A DNA stretch of 64,000 nt from Bugula neritina. Its lineage: Eukaryota > Animalia > Bryozoa. Positions 13,101-28,000 of the stretch are shown one piece after another (the first letter of the stretch is position 1; each line of letters opens with the position of its first letter). A program made the translations under genes and the position numbers. The notes beneath the pieces are model-generated. The model had not been told where the DNA came from. It did no database searches and saw nothing but the letters and a program-made list of their open reading frames with translations. The DNA lies in the NCBI GenBank assembly GCA_964035545.1, contig OZ037765.1, positions 28,767,504 through 28,831,503 of the forward strand. The letters are read 5' to 3'.

Positions 13101-15022
13101 ATATATGAGAAGATTAGAGTATGCATTCTCAGCTCACCAAATGCTCCATAGCGCCAAATATCTCCAACACCTCTGGGTCATCAATCTTGTTATATGAGAG
13201 ATCAATGACACTGAGCTCTTTACAATCGACAAGGTGAGCGATATCTTCAGCATGTTTCAGCTTGTTGTGGGATATTTGAAGAGAATGGAGTACCGGCAGA
13301 CAACCTGGTAATTACCAATCAAAAACTCCATACAAGACTGTGAAATCAAATCAACAGTACTTTATAATAACATGATTTAGCATTGATTTCCAGAAAATAA
13401 AAATCTTCATGAAACATCAAATATAAAGTTATCCACAATGCAAATGCAGTTGTTCTTTCTTACTTTTGAAGTCAACTAAAACTCACTTAGATTCTCCAAT
13501 CTTTTGATAACATTGTTGCTGAGGTTCAGAGTATCCAGCTGTTGTAAGGGCTGCAGGTTTTCTATTCTTCCAATCAAATTCTGTTGCAGGTAAAGACAAC
13601 GAAGTTCTTGCTGACAGTCTAAATTTTTTATGACTCTAATTCCATTGCATTCCAGCCAGAGACACCTGAGTCCTGTGTATTCTTCTAAGCATTCTATTTC
13701 ATAGATTCCTAAAGGCATAGTTGACGATACAATATACACAAACTGTAGTGACAACTGCTACTTTAACTACAAACATAAATTTTATTTCATTACATGAAAA
13801 ACACATGTCACTGCAATAATATATTTTGAAGATAGGCCAACAAAACACTTTTCATTGATATGGTAACCAGATGCAGGGTAAGATGAATTACTGTCTGTTG
13901 CTTATAAATATGGTAGTATCTGTATGCACCAAATGTGTTTAGAGTGAACATAAAACCTATTTTTACCTTTATAGTGAAGATAAAGCACGTCATTTAAACT
14001 GGGAGTTGTGTAAAGTTTCAGCTTTTTGCAATGATCCTTCAGAAATGCTTTTGTTATCCTGAAAAATAGTTTCAACAAAGAAGTGAGTAAAAATGTTGAT
14101 TTAGAAGAAGATATATGCTACAAGCTATAAAGACAATCACATTTTTCATAGCAAAAATCGGGTATAAAATAGTTTATAACTCAATGTTTGCTGGTACTAG
14201 GTACCAAGAGAAGAAAGTTATATAGAGCAGGTAAAACACAAAAGTTAAACTAAAAGACAAACATCATTTAAAATATATATTCATTTTTCAAGATTGAAGC
14301 CAGATGATGTTATAATATAGCAGTTCATCATGTTTGAACAGGGAATCAAATCATAATAATATTTTATGCAAACTCACCTAAAGTAATCATTTTTTGGTTG
14401 CTCAACTTTTTCTGGTGAAGTTGCAGCTGGTTCAACAGTTTCTCCTGCTTTCACACCAGATTCTGTAATATCATGATTGGAGGTGTTACTCTTGTCAGAG
14501 AGTACCTTACCAGTTGATGGTGAAGGGTCTGCACTCTGCTCAATGCGCAACTTCTTTTCTGTTAGCTCACCTGCTCCTACAATCACACAGCATGTGAGCT
14601 GTACATTAATTTTACAAAACAAATAAGACAACTTTCAAGGAATTATCGGCTAAAATAGTTGAGATTTAGAACTGCTTGTCAACACAAGCTACGTGTTTAC
14701 CAATGCTTTGTTGGAGTTTAGCTTTAATAAGTATAAACAGCATAAACAATAACTATAACTATAAGTATAACAATGATATTTTTTTAGGATTTCAAGTGTT
14801 CTGCCTACTCGTGAATAAATTAAAGTAAGAAGACAATATTTAGATTATATTGATAGTGAAACCGAGTGCGACCGTGACCACATCTAGATCTACCAACGCT
14901 CGCATCGACATTTAATTTTAAATTGGTATTGATGCTCTCACAGTCAGTCATCAGTGTCACTTTGACTCACCATTTTGATCTGAAAACTCCGATTCGGAAG
15001 TTATTTCTTCAATTAAAGGCAT
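10188..15022 (-). CDS. DNAAF1: Dynein axonemal assembly factor 1 (LRRC50/ODA7), multi-exon
   Basis: MPLIEE start; [37 protein letters not shown]22-like LRRs, [31 protein letters not shown]; acidic tail ending FDELD*. Boundaries of the C-terminal exons are approximate. Confidence 0.93.
12322..12393 (-). pseudogene. tRNA-derived sequence (SINE head or tRNA pseudogene, Ala/Cys-like) in a DNAAF1 intron
   Basis: Minus strand GGCCCCTGTGGTGTAATGATTAGCGCTCCTGCTTGCAAGCCGGAGGTCTCGGGTTCGAATCCC. A-box-like TGGTGTAATGA and perfect B box GGTTCGAATCC, but the anticodon loop is 6 nt and the acceptor stem does not pair. Confidence 0.7.
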
Positions 15023-15569
15023 GGTGACTGAAATTTAAAACAAATATAATTCAAGCGCTTGATGCTAAAAGTAATATTGGTATTTTATTAACTAAAACTT
15101 GAACTAGCTCTGCGACATGGATGGCAAAAAAGTTAAATGACCGATAGGACGTAACGACAAAATGTGTTGGCACAGAAAACTCTAGAACAGTGCAATCGGA
15201 TTGGATAGTTTGAAAGTATCGCTTTTAGTCTCTATAGTAACATAGCTAAAATACTTGTACCTCTTAGCGAAAAGAAACTCTATCATTATTGAGCTGAGCA
15301 ATAACGGCGTTGAGTTATTTATTCGTAAAGTACTATCTTTGTGTCGCAGATACTTTGCTATACCGTTCTTTGAAGCTGAAAGCACAAAAATGAATTTGTC
15401 AATCATTGATTCAATTGATTTTTTCACATTTTATTTTCTCCGTGCTATTCACTATCACTTCATGCCATAACCAATTGCTGACTGTTGCTGTTAGCCGACT
15501 CAATCAGAACACTGTTACAAGTTTGCTCACACTGGATTTACGATTTCTAAAAGTTGGCGTGCAGTAAAC

Positions 15570-16330
15570 TAAAAATTAAAATGCGAAATCAAATTCAAAT
15601 TGCACATTGCAGTTTGAGTTTCAGCTTGCAGTTGCACCATCAGACTCACTCTCAGTATGAGTATGAGTATGAGTATCACCATCAGGCATCACCATGACGG
15701 CGACCAGGCTAAGAAATCACCAGTGACCTGTCTCACTGAGCATGGCCATAATCATAATGATAATGATAAAGTCATCATTATGATAATCATGTTTATAATC
15801 ATGACCAAGATCAAATTTGATATCACTATTACTATTAGTATTACTATTACTATTAGTATTATGGCTATAACTATAAGTATATGACTAATATGAACATGGG
15901 TCTCCAATTTATTATATGAATATCAATATGAATATAGTCATACTTGTAGACATAGCATCTAATAAAAGTTATATATAAATATTATAATTATACTTATAGA
16001 GATAATATGAAATTAAATATTGCATTAATTTTGGATATAAGGTAAAATAACTATGCTGTTACTGTTAGTATACTAGTTCAATAGTATGGATATTAAATTT
16101 AATTTAAATATAGTTATACAGCTGCCTAAAGTTAATAATAATAATAATGATAGTAACATAAACAATAAATTTAATTATAATAATTCAAATTATAGTAATT
16201 ACTAATTATACTATAAATAATAAGAAGCTGACAATTAATATTAATGAATAATATTGTCAATAATTGAAATTTAAAAGTAAAATGAAAATCACTATCAGCC
16301 GTATGTTATTATAATTTATAATTATAGGTT
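15570..16330. repeat. 6-bp periodic (TNA-NNN)n tracts, DNAJC5 5' region/intron 1
   Basis: For example 15640-15684: TCA GAC TCA CTC TCA GTA TGA GTA TGA GTA TGA GTA TCA CCA TCA. Further TTA CTA/TTA GTA runs at 15830-15880. Confidence 0.75.
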
Positions 16331-17236
16331 ACTTATGAAGTTACTCACTTTAAATTAATAATTGTAGCCAAGACTGTAAGTAAGGTTGGATAAAGCACAA
16401 GTGGTGGTAAATACTGAAATAGTAAAACACCAAAAAGAGCTAAGGAAAATTGGTTTTAAATTTTTGAATTATAAAGTAATTAACTGATTACACTAATAAT
16501 TAGTTTTTAAAATAAAACTTTGGTCAAGTCAAGCTGGTTTTTTATATTAAAGTGGGATATAGGTTTTGGTATCAATGTCACCATTTAAGGCTTAGCATGT
16601 TTGATAAATTTTGCTTGTAGTTGTTGCAGCATTTATTTACAGATATTGCTAAATTTCTGAGGTGTTTCTAGAAATTTAAAATTTTTCAGCTGATAAAATG
16701 GTCAAAAATATTTGTCAAAATGAAATTGTGTAGCTTTTTAACTGTTTTAATCTTTGACTTTTTTAGAGTTAAACTTTTTAAATTAAAATGTACGTCTGCA
16801 AAGCCAATATGGAAATTTGTTTAAATTGAAAGTTATTATTATACTCAGACTATCAACCAAGAGGTAAAGTAGGGAAGATTTACTGTGTTTGTATTGTTAT
16901 ACCAGTAATAGTTTAGTATTTCACATTAGGAATGTCTTCAGGACTATACATTTAACCTTGACTGAAGTTAGTGCTGATGTTAAATTACTTGTTATTTTTT
17001 AATCTTGAGTGAATATTTTTCACGATTATTCTAATTTATCAACTTTAGAATATTACATGATGCAATCTTTTTGTTTTTTTTTTATAGTTGAAAATTTTGG
17101 AAGCCAACAATAGTATAGAGAAATGTTGTCATCATTTCAGTAGCTTTAAATGACAAAACCACACAGCATAGATTTGATAGTTTGTGACAACTCATTCATT
17201 CATCTACAGACTGAGTAATTTCTAGTAAAATCAAGG

Positions 17237-19098
17237 ATGAGTGAAGCTCATCACAGCCGGACTAGGGGCCTATCGTAAGTAAATAAACTTTATTCTGGTA
17301 AAATTATTACCTATTCCTTCTGTTGAATAGTTACTCACTCGAATTTATAACTTTTGATTATTTTGCTCAATTTGGTACGTGCTGGTTTCAGAGCGTCTGG
17401 CACGAGTCTTTACGAATTACTTGGATTATCTAAATCAGCTACTAAAGATGAAGTTAAAAAGGCATACCGGAAGGTAATAATAATATTTACAATATGGCTG
17501 CATGATTTCGTTAAGTTAGTAGTAGAAATACGAAGGATCATACTAACTCTCAAACTATATGAGGCGATATATGCTGAGTTCCAATGTAGATATATTATTT
17601 CATTGCTCTTTAGTATCAAGTATATGACTGCATTTAGTCAGTATTGGAATGCAGCTGATACACTTACTTGTGAGGAACTCTCAGTAGACATGTTAAGTGT
17701 TGTAGCAGTGAAAAATATTGATCTTATTGGGGAACACATCTAGCTTCTTAGGCAATTATATAGTCAATTTAGCCTATATGCATGTAGCATGCAGCATGTG
17801 GCATATATACTATAGTAGACTATACATATAATACTATTGGTATTGAGATTATAATATATTTTATTACTTTCTTATAAGAAAGAAATTACGTGAGAAAGTT
17901 ATTGATTGTTTCATTTAGGAGGCTTTAAAATGCCACCCAGACAAAAATCAAGGCAACAATGCCATGACAGAGCACTTCAAGAAGATAAATCATGCCAATT
18001 CTGTGCTCACGGATGAGAAGAAGAGACAAATATATGATAGTTATGGTTCCTTGGGGCTGTATGTTGCTGAGCAGTTTGGGGAGGAGAATGTTAGCACCTA
18101 CTTCCTGTTTACTAGTGGCTGGTGCAAGGTATGTGCTGTAATGGAAATATACAGACTAACTTATATATTAAACCACATTAATCTAATCACATTTGGCTAC
18201 ACTTCCCTTCAGTGGCTGATTTGTTGAAAGCTAAAAGCTGTTTTTTGTACATAATCATTATTGATCATATTTGGTTTGTAGGCAAAACTTTTGGTGCAAG
18301 AAGAAAAAGTTATATTATATGCTCAGAAATTTTTTCACTTTTAGGATTGTCCTGCCATTTTAGAATGTTGTTAATATTGAGTGATGTTTTTAAGGCGCTG
18401 TTTGTGTTCTGTGGAGTTATTACCGGTTGCTATTGCTGCTGCTGTCTCTGCTGTTGCTGTAATTTCTGCTTCGGGAAATGTAAACCCAAACCTGATGAAA
18501 TGTATGAAGGTTATGATGATATACTGGTATGTACGACATTGTATATTTCTTTTGTCTTTCGGTAGTTCTAGATTTTTAGGAAGATTGATTTGTATTATGC
18601 ACGAAAATTTTAATTGCGAAAAAAATTTTATACTATAATAGGCCAATTACACTAATGTAAAAATTCTAACTTGCTGTGTGTATGTTTACCTATTTAAATT
18701 TTTAAACTTTGAGTCTTGTGTATTGGCATTCATCAGATACAATATTTGAATTTCAATTAACTATGAGTATTATTTACATAGTACAGGTTAGAAATTTGTA
18801 TAGTTATATTTCTTTTTGAGTTATATTTCTTGGCTTCAACATTAAATTAAATTAGTTTTATTGCTCAATTCAGAAGGAAGATGATGCATCTGCAGAAGCT
18901 AATCCTGAAGACTCACCTATAACTGAGCAACCAGAGTCTAGTAATAGCCCGTCTCACAATCCTCCTGTGATAGCACTGGGACCCCCGGGCCGTCCTGAAC
19001 CCGTACCCCGCAACTCATCTACTTTAGAAAATACTGAGAAATCTCCTCTTTATAGCACCGATGACAAACCTCAGCTTTCTGCTGGTTATGGATATTAA
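17237..19098 (+). CDS. DNAJC5: DnaJ subfamily C member 5 / cysteine string protein
   Basis: Exons 17237-17274, 17392-17473, 17919-18128, 18395-18526, 18874-19098. J domain with [20 protein letters not shown], cysteine string [20 protein letters not shown]. Confidence 0.96.
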
Positions 19099-19532
19099 AT
19101 GCTATCATGACTTGCTTCATTCTTTTACACAAATATTTATTAGTATATTAGATGATGTCGTATACTATTAGTTTATACAAAATATATCCTGCACACTAGG
19201 CGAAATAAATTACTTCAGTTGTATCTGTTGTTATGTACTTATATTTTTGAGAGTATATTATAGACTTTTATTGTTGTTTTTGTTATTAATTTTTGATGTT
19301 ACTTCAATTCATTTTATTTATAATTTATTTTTAGACATATAACTGCAACGTTTTGGTCAAAGTCTATGTTTACAGTATTTACATAAAATATAATACAATT
19401 TCTATAAACTACTTACTGGTTGATCTGAATATTAGGAGTGTCACAATGCTACTATTTCCAGCACTTTATATACAACAATCAATATAAATAAACACAATCT
19501 CAATATAAAAAGTAAAGGCTGTACAGGTACTG

Positions 19533-22500
19533 CTACGTATATGCCGTTTCCATTGTTCTAGTGCTGCCAGCAATTTTAGAGTCGTCTTCTGCTACATCGA
19601 TAGTAAGGGAGTTGTCCTCTTCCTCGTCGTCATCGTATGCAGTAGAAGTATGATTAAATGCAGGAGTCATTGGGTTTACTTTGCTCAGTGCTGTACGAGT
19701 AGCATTTCTCGGCTTATCAACAACATCCCTATTACTTTCGCTATTTGAGTTTTGATCGCCTTGACCCAATATTGAATGCTTTTTATCGATACTATTTCGA
19801 CGAGGATCATAAGAAATGCCGTCACCCGACGGCTTATGGCTACTGTTACTACTACTAGATAATCTTGAGTTAGCTATTGGTGCAGCATTCAGTCTAGCAT
19901 TCTGAATTCTCTGTAGATCGGCTGTGATATCTGGTAGTGAAGGGAGAGTGCTTGCAGGCCCCTCGTTTTTCATTGACATAACCCGTTTTTTAATTCTTGG
20001 GTCTCGAAGCATTTCTTGGTTATTCTCAGCACCTGCAGGTATGTATGATGCCCTAGACTCAACATACACCGGGATAAGATTGAAGTCTATAGGTCGAGTA
20101 TACTTTCCATTTATTTCTGGTACCGTCTTTTTGATAGATGATATCAATGACCCTAATGTTAGGGGTGCCTTTGTATCCACATTGCCACTTCCTATATTCC
20201 CATTGGGTGCTCTCGGGTCTGGCAATATGCCGGTAAGCCGCACACGAGGGTCTGCGACAGTTGCACTGTTTCCAGCAGCAGTCCTTGGGTCAGCATTCCG
20301 AGGATCAGACACAACTCTAGGGTCAGCAGCTCTTGGGTCAGGTGCAGATGACCTTGGGTCAGGGTGACTAAAATAGGAACATGTCATAATAAGTCTTACA
20401 AAAATAAAAAAACCTTATACAACATTTGCATACTGAACTACAACTACCAAATTATGTAACAATACAAAGCTTAACATTCAATGTACAAAAACTGTAAAAA
20501 AGATTTTGTCACAACACTAGCAAATGAATCAAATCACATAAAACAAAAAAGTGGGTCATTTAGTAAGCTAAGATTATATAAAAAAGACGTTACCTATTAG
20601 CTACGACAGCATTTGAACGTAGAGCATTAAGGATTTTGCTAAGATTAGCAGCTGCTGCTTGTGCTGTAGAGGGGTTCAACTCTGTAGAAGATATGGTTGA
20701 AGTGGGTGGTTGACCAGAAGTAGTGCCCTGTGGACCAAACACTGCTCCACTACTTGGTATAGGAAGGAGGGGGCCTTTCTTTGCTACCATCTTATCTGCA
20801 TCTCCACCACCATTATTGTAGTTCCCATAATTTCCAGGTCGTTGGTTGGAGTTGTAATTATCTAAAGATATTATAAAGATATTAGCACATGCTGTAAAAA
20901 GCATAAGCGCAAGACAGTAACTTTGGTCAAAGGTCTGCACACTAAATTGATTCTACAAAACCCTTAGTGATCATTGCTTACATTATGCCTTACAAAATCT
21001 GAGTCCAATGTACAAAATGATTGAGAGTTGTTGACTATCACTATACGCACTATGCAAGATGCACTATGCTAGCAATACTAAATTTAAAAAGAAAAATGTG
21101 AGGCTACACCAATACCTGACACTGTCCCAACACAAAGCTCCTCTAAGAAGAGCCAAGCATTGCATGCAGTAAAACTTACCACTAGTTACAGCAAGTGGCG
21201 GGGTTTGGTTGGGCAAATCTGGACCCCATCTGTTGCGTTTTGGCTTCGGCATTCCATCACCAAAAGATCTTTCTGGTCGCTCTGGGGTGTTGAAAGTATC
21301 AGAATAGAAGGACTGTGGCCTAAAACAAGCAGTGATGCTGTGGTGATAGTTGATAGTTAACAGTTGGAATTGCAGAATAACTGAGCTAACGCAGCGTAAA
21401 CAATCAAATCTGAGAAAATAACTCCCAATAGTTTACCTTTTGAGCGGAGACTCAAATCGGTCGTCATCAGATTCAGAAAGAGGGGCCGTCAACTCTTCGT
21501 ATAGGCCAGCATCCAATTTGGCCATCATATCAGCAGATGGCTTTAAATCAAGATCAAAGATAGAGGGTATATGAGACTGCTGCAGAGAGTGGGTGAAGCT
21601 GTGCCCGGTGTGATCCATATTCGCATCATCTCCATCGTCATCGGAGACGTCAAATGAGCTGACCTTTGGTCTGTTAGAGTCGTCTTCTTTTCCTTTATTT
21701 TGATTGGCTAGATCTTTAGGAGGGGAACCTATATGCAACATACTAAGGCTATTAATAAACACATGATAAAACATGTTACTACATTTAACCATAACATGCC
21801 GCTAAACATTTTCTTGAAACCAACTTTTTTAAGAACACTTGAAATTGTTAGCAAGCAACTTAAAGCCCAGTACACTACCAACTAGTAGTTGTTGTAAATT
21901 AATAAATCCAGAAAAACAAACATGAAGTGCAGTTTTATGGAGTCAAATCAATACATTTTGTATTAAGTAAAGGTTTACTATAAAATGTAAAGCCTCCATT
22001 TCACAATCAATAGACAAAGTAAATGCAGCATAACACGACTCCAAATCAATAAAACATTAAATATAATTAATAAGTATTGTATTCTGATGTTACACAACCA
22101 ACTATAGTTATATTAGTAATTTCTAAAAAAAACTCAGTGCAGTTACATTGCAGTGGCAAGATTGAAAGTTAAAACTCATTAATAACTACATACGACTGAT
22201 GATGTTATATAATTGCACAACGCTATTTTTGTCTGGTCACAACAAAAGAAAATTTTAAGTAAATTTTGAAGACCCAGTTTTTTGAGATTGTTCATGTAGT
22301 AAACTATAAAGCCAACTAAAACAAACAAGAAAAGCTAGCACACGAGTACAGCTGTATAATAAACAAACCTAGCAGACTCGGTCTCTCAGCTTTAAACGTC
22401 CCAGTTTCCTCCAACAAGATGGCTTTCTCCAGTAAAGGTCTGGTCGAGTCAGAGAGAGGCTCGTGCGAGAATTTACATTTGTCGGCGTTGAAGCATTTCT

Positions 22501-25096
22501 GGCCAGTGTGGTAATACTTGCAGGGTACCTCACTGTGCAGGTATATGCACATGTCACCCTTTGCACAGTAACCTTGCAGAAAGAACTTGCAGGCTTCCAT
22601 CTTTTTAGCAGGTATAAAGTTGTGGCTGAACTGACAGCGCTCCCCCTGTACATGACAACATGCAGCAGGTGTACTCAAGTGTCACCAGTATATTTAACTA
22701 CATATAGTATTATTCTTAGTTCTTATATAGTATAGAACTGCTCTGCTAAACACAATGGATTGTAGCAATATATTTGGTTACTCTTTTGACAAAACCTTTC
22801 CTTATACATGCTTAGGCTTATCGACCTGAATTGAAAATTTGTTGAGGTTCTAAATTCTGACAAGAAAGATTTTGCTGCCAACACATTCAACTAGTTCAAC
22901 ATAGATCATTCTTGCAGCGCAAATGAGGCAACACAAAGCTTACTTTCTGGCATTTTCCTTCGGCATAATATCTACACTTGACAGTTTTCTCGCCCATGTC
23001 TTCGCGCCGATCTCGTCTATCCCTACTGCCACGATAGTCAGCACGTTTCTGTCTCATCTGCTGCCTCTCCCTGTACTGCTTCTGCTTCATAAGCTTCTTC
23101 AGCTTAGAAGCTGACAGGCCAGGAATCTTTGACTTCTTGAAGAGCACCTGAAAGCACAGAGGAATGTGTTGAGTCTCGGCAGCAAGGCTATTCTGTAAGT
23201 CAGCTGCCGGAAAAAAATTTCCCCCAAAGACTTACTTCCTTCTCTGCGGCAGAAACGTTGGGGTCCATCAGCTCGTCCCCTACCAGACTGTAGAGAGTCT
23301 CAGAGAATTCATCTTCGCTGGAGTCATCAGGTGGGGAGGCGTAGGGGTCCGGAGCGGGGGAGTCATACGGCCCTGGTGGGTCTCTGCTGCCTTCTCCATA
23401 GCCTGAGTAACTGTCGTATCTGTCATTACCTGCGTAGTTGGGTCGCGTGTGAGACGGTGATCTCCACCTCTCGTTATACATGTCGTAGTCTGAGGACTCA
23501 AACCTGTTGGGAGATCCACTGCCGTATTCGTCACTCATCTTCTGTCTCTTCTTTCGCTACGGTCAATATTACAACATGAGAGGTGAGATGTAGGAGGTGG
23601 GATATAAGAGGTGACATACAAGAGGTGGGATATGAGAGCTGGGATATGAAAAGTAGGTACTATGGGTAAATACAGGTCACCATTAAACACAGTAATTTAC
23701 TCATAATCTATCTTTCTCAGTCTACGTATTAAGCCAGCAAAATATAAAAACTAAATTGTTTGAAATTGGCTAGCAGTTGTAAGGAACCACACATGTTTTA
23801 CAAACTGCAACTCACCTTTTTCTCCTGTTTTTCTCTTTTACGCTTCAACTTCTTCTCCTTCTTACGTCTTTCCTTTTCCTTCTTCCTTCGCTTTCTTTCA
23901 GACTTTGATTCCTCCTCAGTTGAGGAAGAAGACCCGGACGTGTTGCCTTCCTTAGCCTGAGCATTGCCCTGTCAAATAACAGAATTGTGAGAGAACGGCA
24001 AATTGGCTTCAAAAATGGGATTTTACCTAATTCAACAGCAAGAGAAATATGGAAAACTATTTTAAATTAATGTAAAGAAAGTGTCAGTTTATTCAGAGTT
24101 TACTAGTTTATTTACAGTAAACATTATACCTGGTCGTCTGAAGATTCTGTAGATTTTCTACTTCTTTTCACAGGAACTGGGGGTGCTGACATTTCATTGC
24201 TTTGGTCTGTATTAGACGGGGCGGTGGACAGCCCACCCTGCTTTTGAGATTCGTCGTTTCCTAAGATTACAAGACCAAGTTATATTAATAAAGAAGTCAA
24301 TATACTACTGTAGAAGAGAGGTGCATTGAGCAATTGACAAGTCAAGATTCCTAGTAAGAATATGGGTCATGAGACATAAATGAGCTATTATTTACACCGT
24401 GCTTGAATTCTCGTAAATTTAAAGAGTTGTTTTCTCTTTGCTATTGATGATAAAACAAGATAAAACAACTTACAGTTAGTGCAATAATGGAAAACAAATA
24501 AGCTATACTATTGGCAAGCATTGGGTAGAGAAATCAAGATTCCATTTAGTTATAGAGATATAATGATGACTGGTGACGAAATGTTCCTGTAAGCAAAAAT
24601 TCATCATGAGAAATTTTTTGGAAACAAGAATTAACAATCTAGATCATTATTCACCTTCTGCAGAAGAGTTTTCAGTCTTTGTATCTTCCTGTGCACCTTC
24701 ATCACTCAGTTCTCCATCTTCCATATCTTCTTCTGCAACTTCTTTTGAATCAGCTGCTTTGGAGGAACTGTTATCTGTTTCAGTTTTGTCAGTCAATTTT
24801 TGAGACCCACTGCTAGTCTCAGAATTCTGTGTCATTTCTGTATCATCTTCATTGGCTGATTTTCTAGCAATTTGAGGTTCAGGGGAAGGAGCCGTACCAT
24901 TTTGAATATCAGACTGGGTAGGCTCATCAGACAGATTAGCCTCAATGTTATCAGGTGCCTTCTGTGTATTTTGAGCGCCATTTTCTTCCGATTTACTGAT
25001 AAGGGAATCATCTTGAGACTCCTTGCTAAGTGTTAAATTATCGCTGTCAGTTGGTTGGGAGTCCATCTCACAATTCTCTTTGTTAGAAGACATCAT
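19533..25096 (-). CDS. ZC3H4: CCCH zinc-finger protein of the ZC3H4/ZC3H6/Su(sable) family
   Basis: Acidic N-terminus with EDGEL motif; three tandem CCCH fingers (CRYYAEGKCQKGERCQFSH, CKFFLQGYCAKGDMCIYLH, CKYYHTGQKCFNADKCKFSHEPL); many C-terminal DPR repeats. ZC3H4 versus ZC3H6 cannot be resolved. Confidence 0.88.
23577..23660. repeat. Degenerate ~14-bp minisatellite (AGAGGTGGGATATR) in a ZC3H4 intron
   Basis: About 5-6 imperfect copies next to the minus-strand acceptor. Confidence 0.65.
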
Positions 25097-28000
25097 AATA
25101 TTTCTCTAAAAGAAATAGCTAGAAAGTCTAAACCTTTATACACTACACTGTGAATAGTTCCTTCAAGTGCAGTATGGGGTATCGTATTATTTACGCAATA
25201 GAGAATAGTTAGTTATTTAGTTGATCCATCATAAAACTTTTATTCTTAGAGCAACAGAAATTTACATTGTAGAACTAAGCACAGCTTTGACTTGGTAAAG
25301 GCTGCACAGTGCTAAGAAATCAATTTAGCATCCTGATCCTACAAAAAGTGCTCAATAACATAACAATATCTCAGTTTTTTGTTACATAACCAAATTGTGT
25401 TGCTGTATGAAAACTAAGTCTTTTGAAGCATCTAATAATGAAAACATTCCTTGTGGTTATAGAAACTTTCAATTGTGATTTTGGTAGCAGTCAAATAGCA
25501 CAGCACTGGGTGGCATTGTTTGAACGCTATTAGCTCACTTGAAAGCCGCCATCACAGCTTAGATAACGATATTGCATAGAAAGCCGGGGGTAGATAGCAG
25601 TATCCCGCACTGCTAACAGAAGACTTCATACGAAGAAAAAGGGCAAGTAACTACAGGTTCATACAAGGCAAACGGGCAGTTAATGTAATAACCAATCAAA
25701 CGCCTGTATATAAGCTCTTCTAAATAATAGGGGTAGTAACTAGCAGATTGTAAATCGGCTCATCTAAGAGCAGCTGCACTGGTGCATAACATAGTTTTCG
25801 ACTAAATTTGCCGGCTTATGTATTGACCATCATATCTTACATAATTGGGTATTTCGCTCATGTGCCATCTGTTTGTATAAGTGTAACGGCGTAGTTTAAC
25901 CCAAGCCATTAGCCACAGGTTAGTAATGTTGTAAGATTTCACCTTCACTGGTATTTATAAAAAATATCATCAAGGACAGCCCTCATGACATCTTGTAGAA
26001 CATAGTGTCATTAAACCTATTAGTATTCCTGCTATACAAACATTAACTCAGATGCTGTTATAACCAAAATTTTAAAAACTATCAACTTAAAGTTAATTTA
26101 CTATTTGGTGTATAAATACAAGTAAGGGTACACAGCCCGGTTGTTAGTTTCTGAAGCCATAATCAACAATGACACCAACGGGATGATTTTAAAACTTTTC
26201 TCAACAGCATACTTACTAGCTACTTGCCTCACAAAACTGCCAAGAATAACGACCAAGTAATACCCAGTTATAACAGTGTTCACTGGAGCATAACACATTC
26301 TTAGACTGGTAACTCGTGCATTTATATCAACAGCGGAAGCCCCTTTCGACGTACCGTTATCAGTGGGTAACCACGGTGAGAGCTTAAGCTAAATAATTAT
26401 AGGCTGGTGAGGCATACGTGTAATACAATAGCGCAATGGCTGGCAACAAGCCTTGTATTAGCTGGAGTGTTTCTATTTTGGCCATTTACCTTATCGAACT
26501 TCATTGATTATATTTGAACATTATAGCTACTGCTAAGAGACCGGTGTAGCTGAACAAAGAGGACTGCTGTGTTCAAGTAGGACAACAATATTGACGGGAA
26601 GGGTTTATCATTGTGGCCAACAATGAATTGGACCAAGATTTGTAACAATGAGATTAGTGAACATCTTAGATTGACCCACAACCACCTAGTTTACTAGCTG
26701 TCTGATGCCCAGAACTAATAAAAAATGATGCCATATTTATCCACAAATGGCAATAGATTTACTATTAAAAGAAAAACTAGTTCAGCAGCCTGATACACAG
26801 TTAATAGGTCACCAAGATCACAGTTAATAATAAGGCCTATGGGGCTTACATTTCAAACACAACTTCACGAACTTTTAACTTAAGGTTTTAACTTTCAAGT
26901 TAGAACACATAGAATAGAGCTAAATAATACCTGTCACAATCCTTTCTAACATGAAGTACAGCAAAATTCATCAGCCTCAACTTAAATACTGTAACTAGAG
27001 TTTAATAAAGTAAACATAAATTGGAGGTGGTGGTGTCAGCATTGCAATAATAGAATTTTCTAGAAAAATATCCAATTGATATAAAACTTCTAGCTAATTA
27101 ACTTAGAAATATAAGACACACAGACACCAACTAGACGGTTATGTGCAAGTACTGGAAGTAGTCGATGAAATCTACTAGCTGCAAGAGCTACCGGCCAACA
27201 CAAAAGCTATGTTCACAACATTCTACTAACACTGGCATGCACTGTAGAAGTGATTATATCGATTACATCATGTGTTACGCAATCAACTAGCTCGCTATCC
27301 AATGCTATTGCAATAGCTAGTACTTAATTCCTAATGCGGTTTTCCTGGTTAGTCAAGTAGGGCACCATGCTAGCAACAATCTAGCCAGTCTCTGAATCAG
27401 TGAGGGCGGTTTACATTGAACAACTCAAATGGTCAACCAAGAGTACAAGACCACAACCTGAACTGAAATGTCACGCCAACCAGTCAACCTGGTGACCATG
27501 ATTTGAGTATTTCTCATATTTCAACTGAAAATGCAATCTAAATAAAACTTCAATTTCTTCTTATAGCTCCAATACTCTACTGCATGTTTTAACTTCGAGT
27601 GTCACGAAAAACGTAAGCCGTCATCAAAAATATCAGCCAGATTGAATAAAAGCCTTTTACGCTCATTTACACAACAATGTATACATAGATTTCCTAATAA
27701 AAGTTTGAAAAAAAAAACAATTTAATGCTAGATCAAGAAGATCAGAGAAGTGTGGGATGTAACTCAACAAGTAAATTAGTAACTACAGCTTTAAACTCTG
27801 GCTCAAGCTGTGGCAACAATGAGCTACATAGTTAAGACCTACATTTCAACTGTGTGGGTACTATCTGCTTATTCTAGACCTAGTAGTATTCACATTCATA
27901 ACCCTAGAAAGTGAACATGGATTGAAGTGACAATAAGCTCTACAGTACCAATAATATTACGTATAAATATAACATATCCTATTATACATTTTTGACACCA

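Noticed and set aside
15657-15884. ORF MSMSMSITI...ITISITI
   Set aside because: It is a translation of the periodic TNA tract, not a credible protein.
19924-24803. Antisense ORFs over ZC3H4 exons
   Set aside because: Shadow frames of real coding exons with no independent support.
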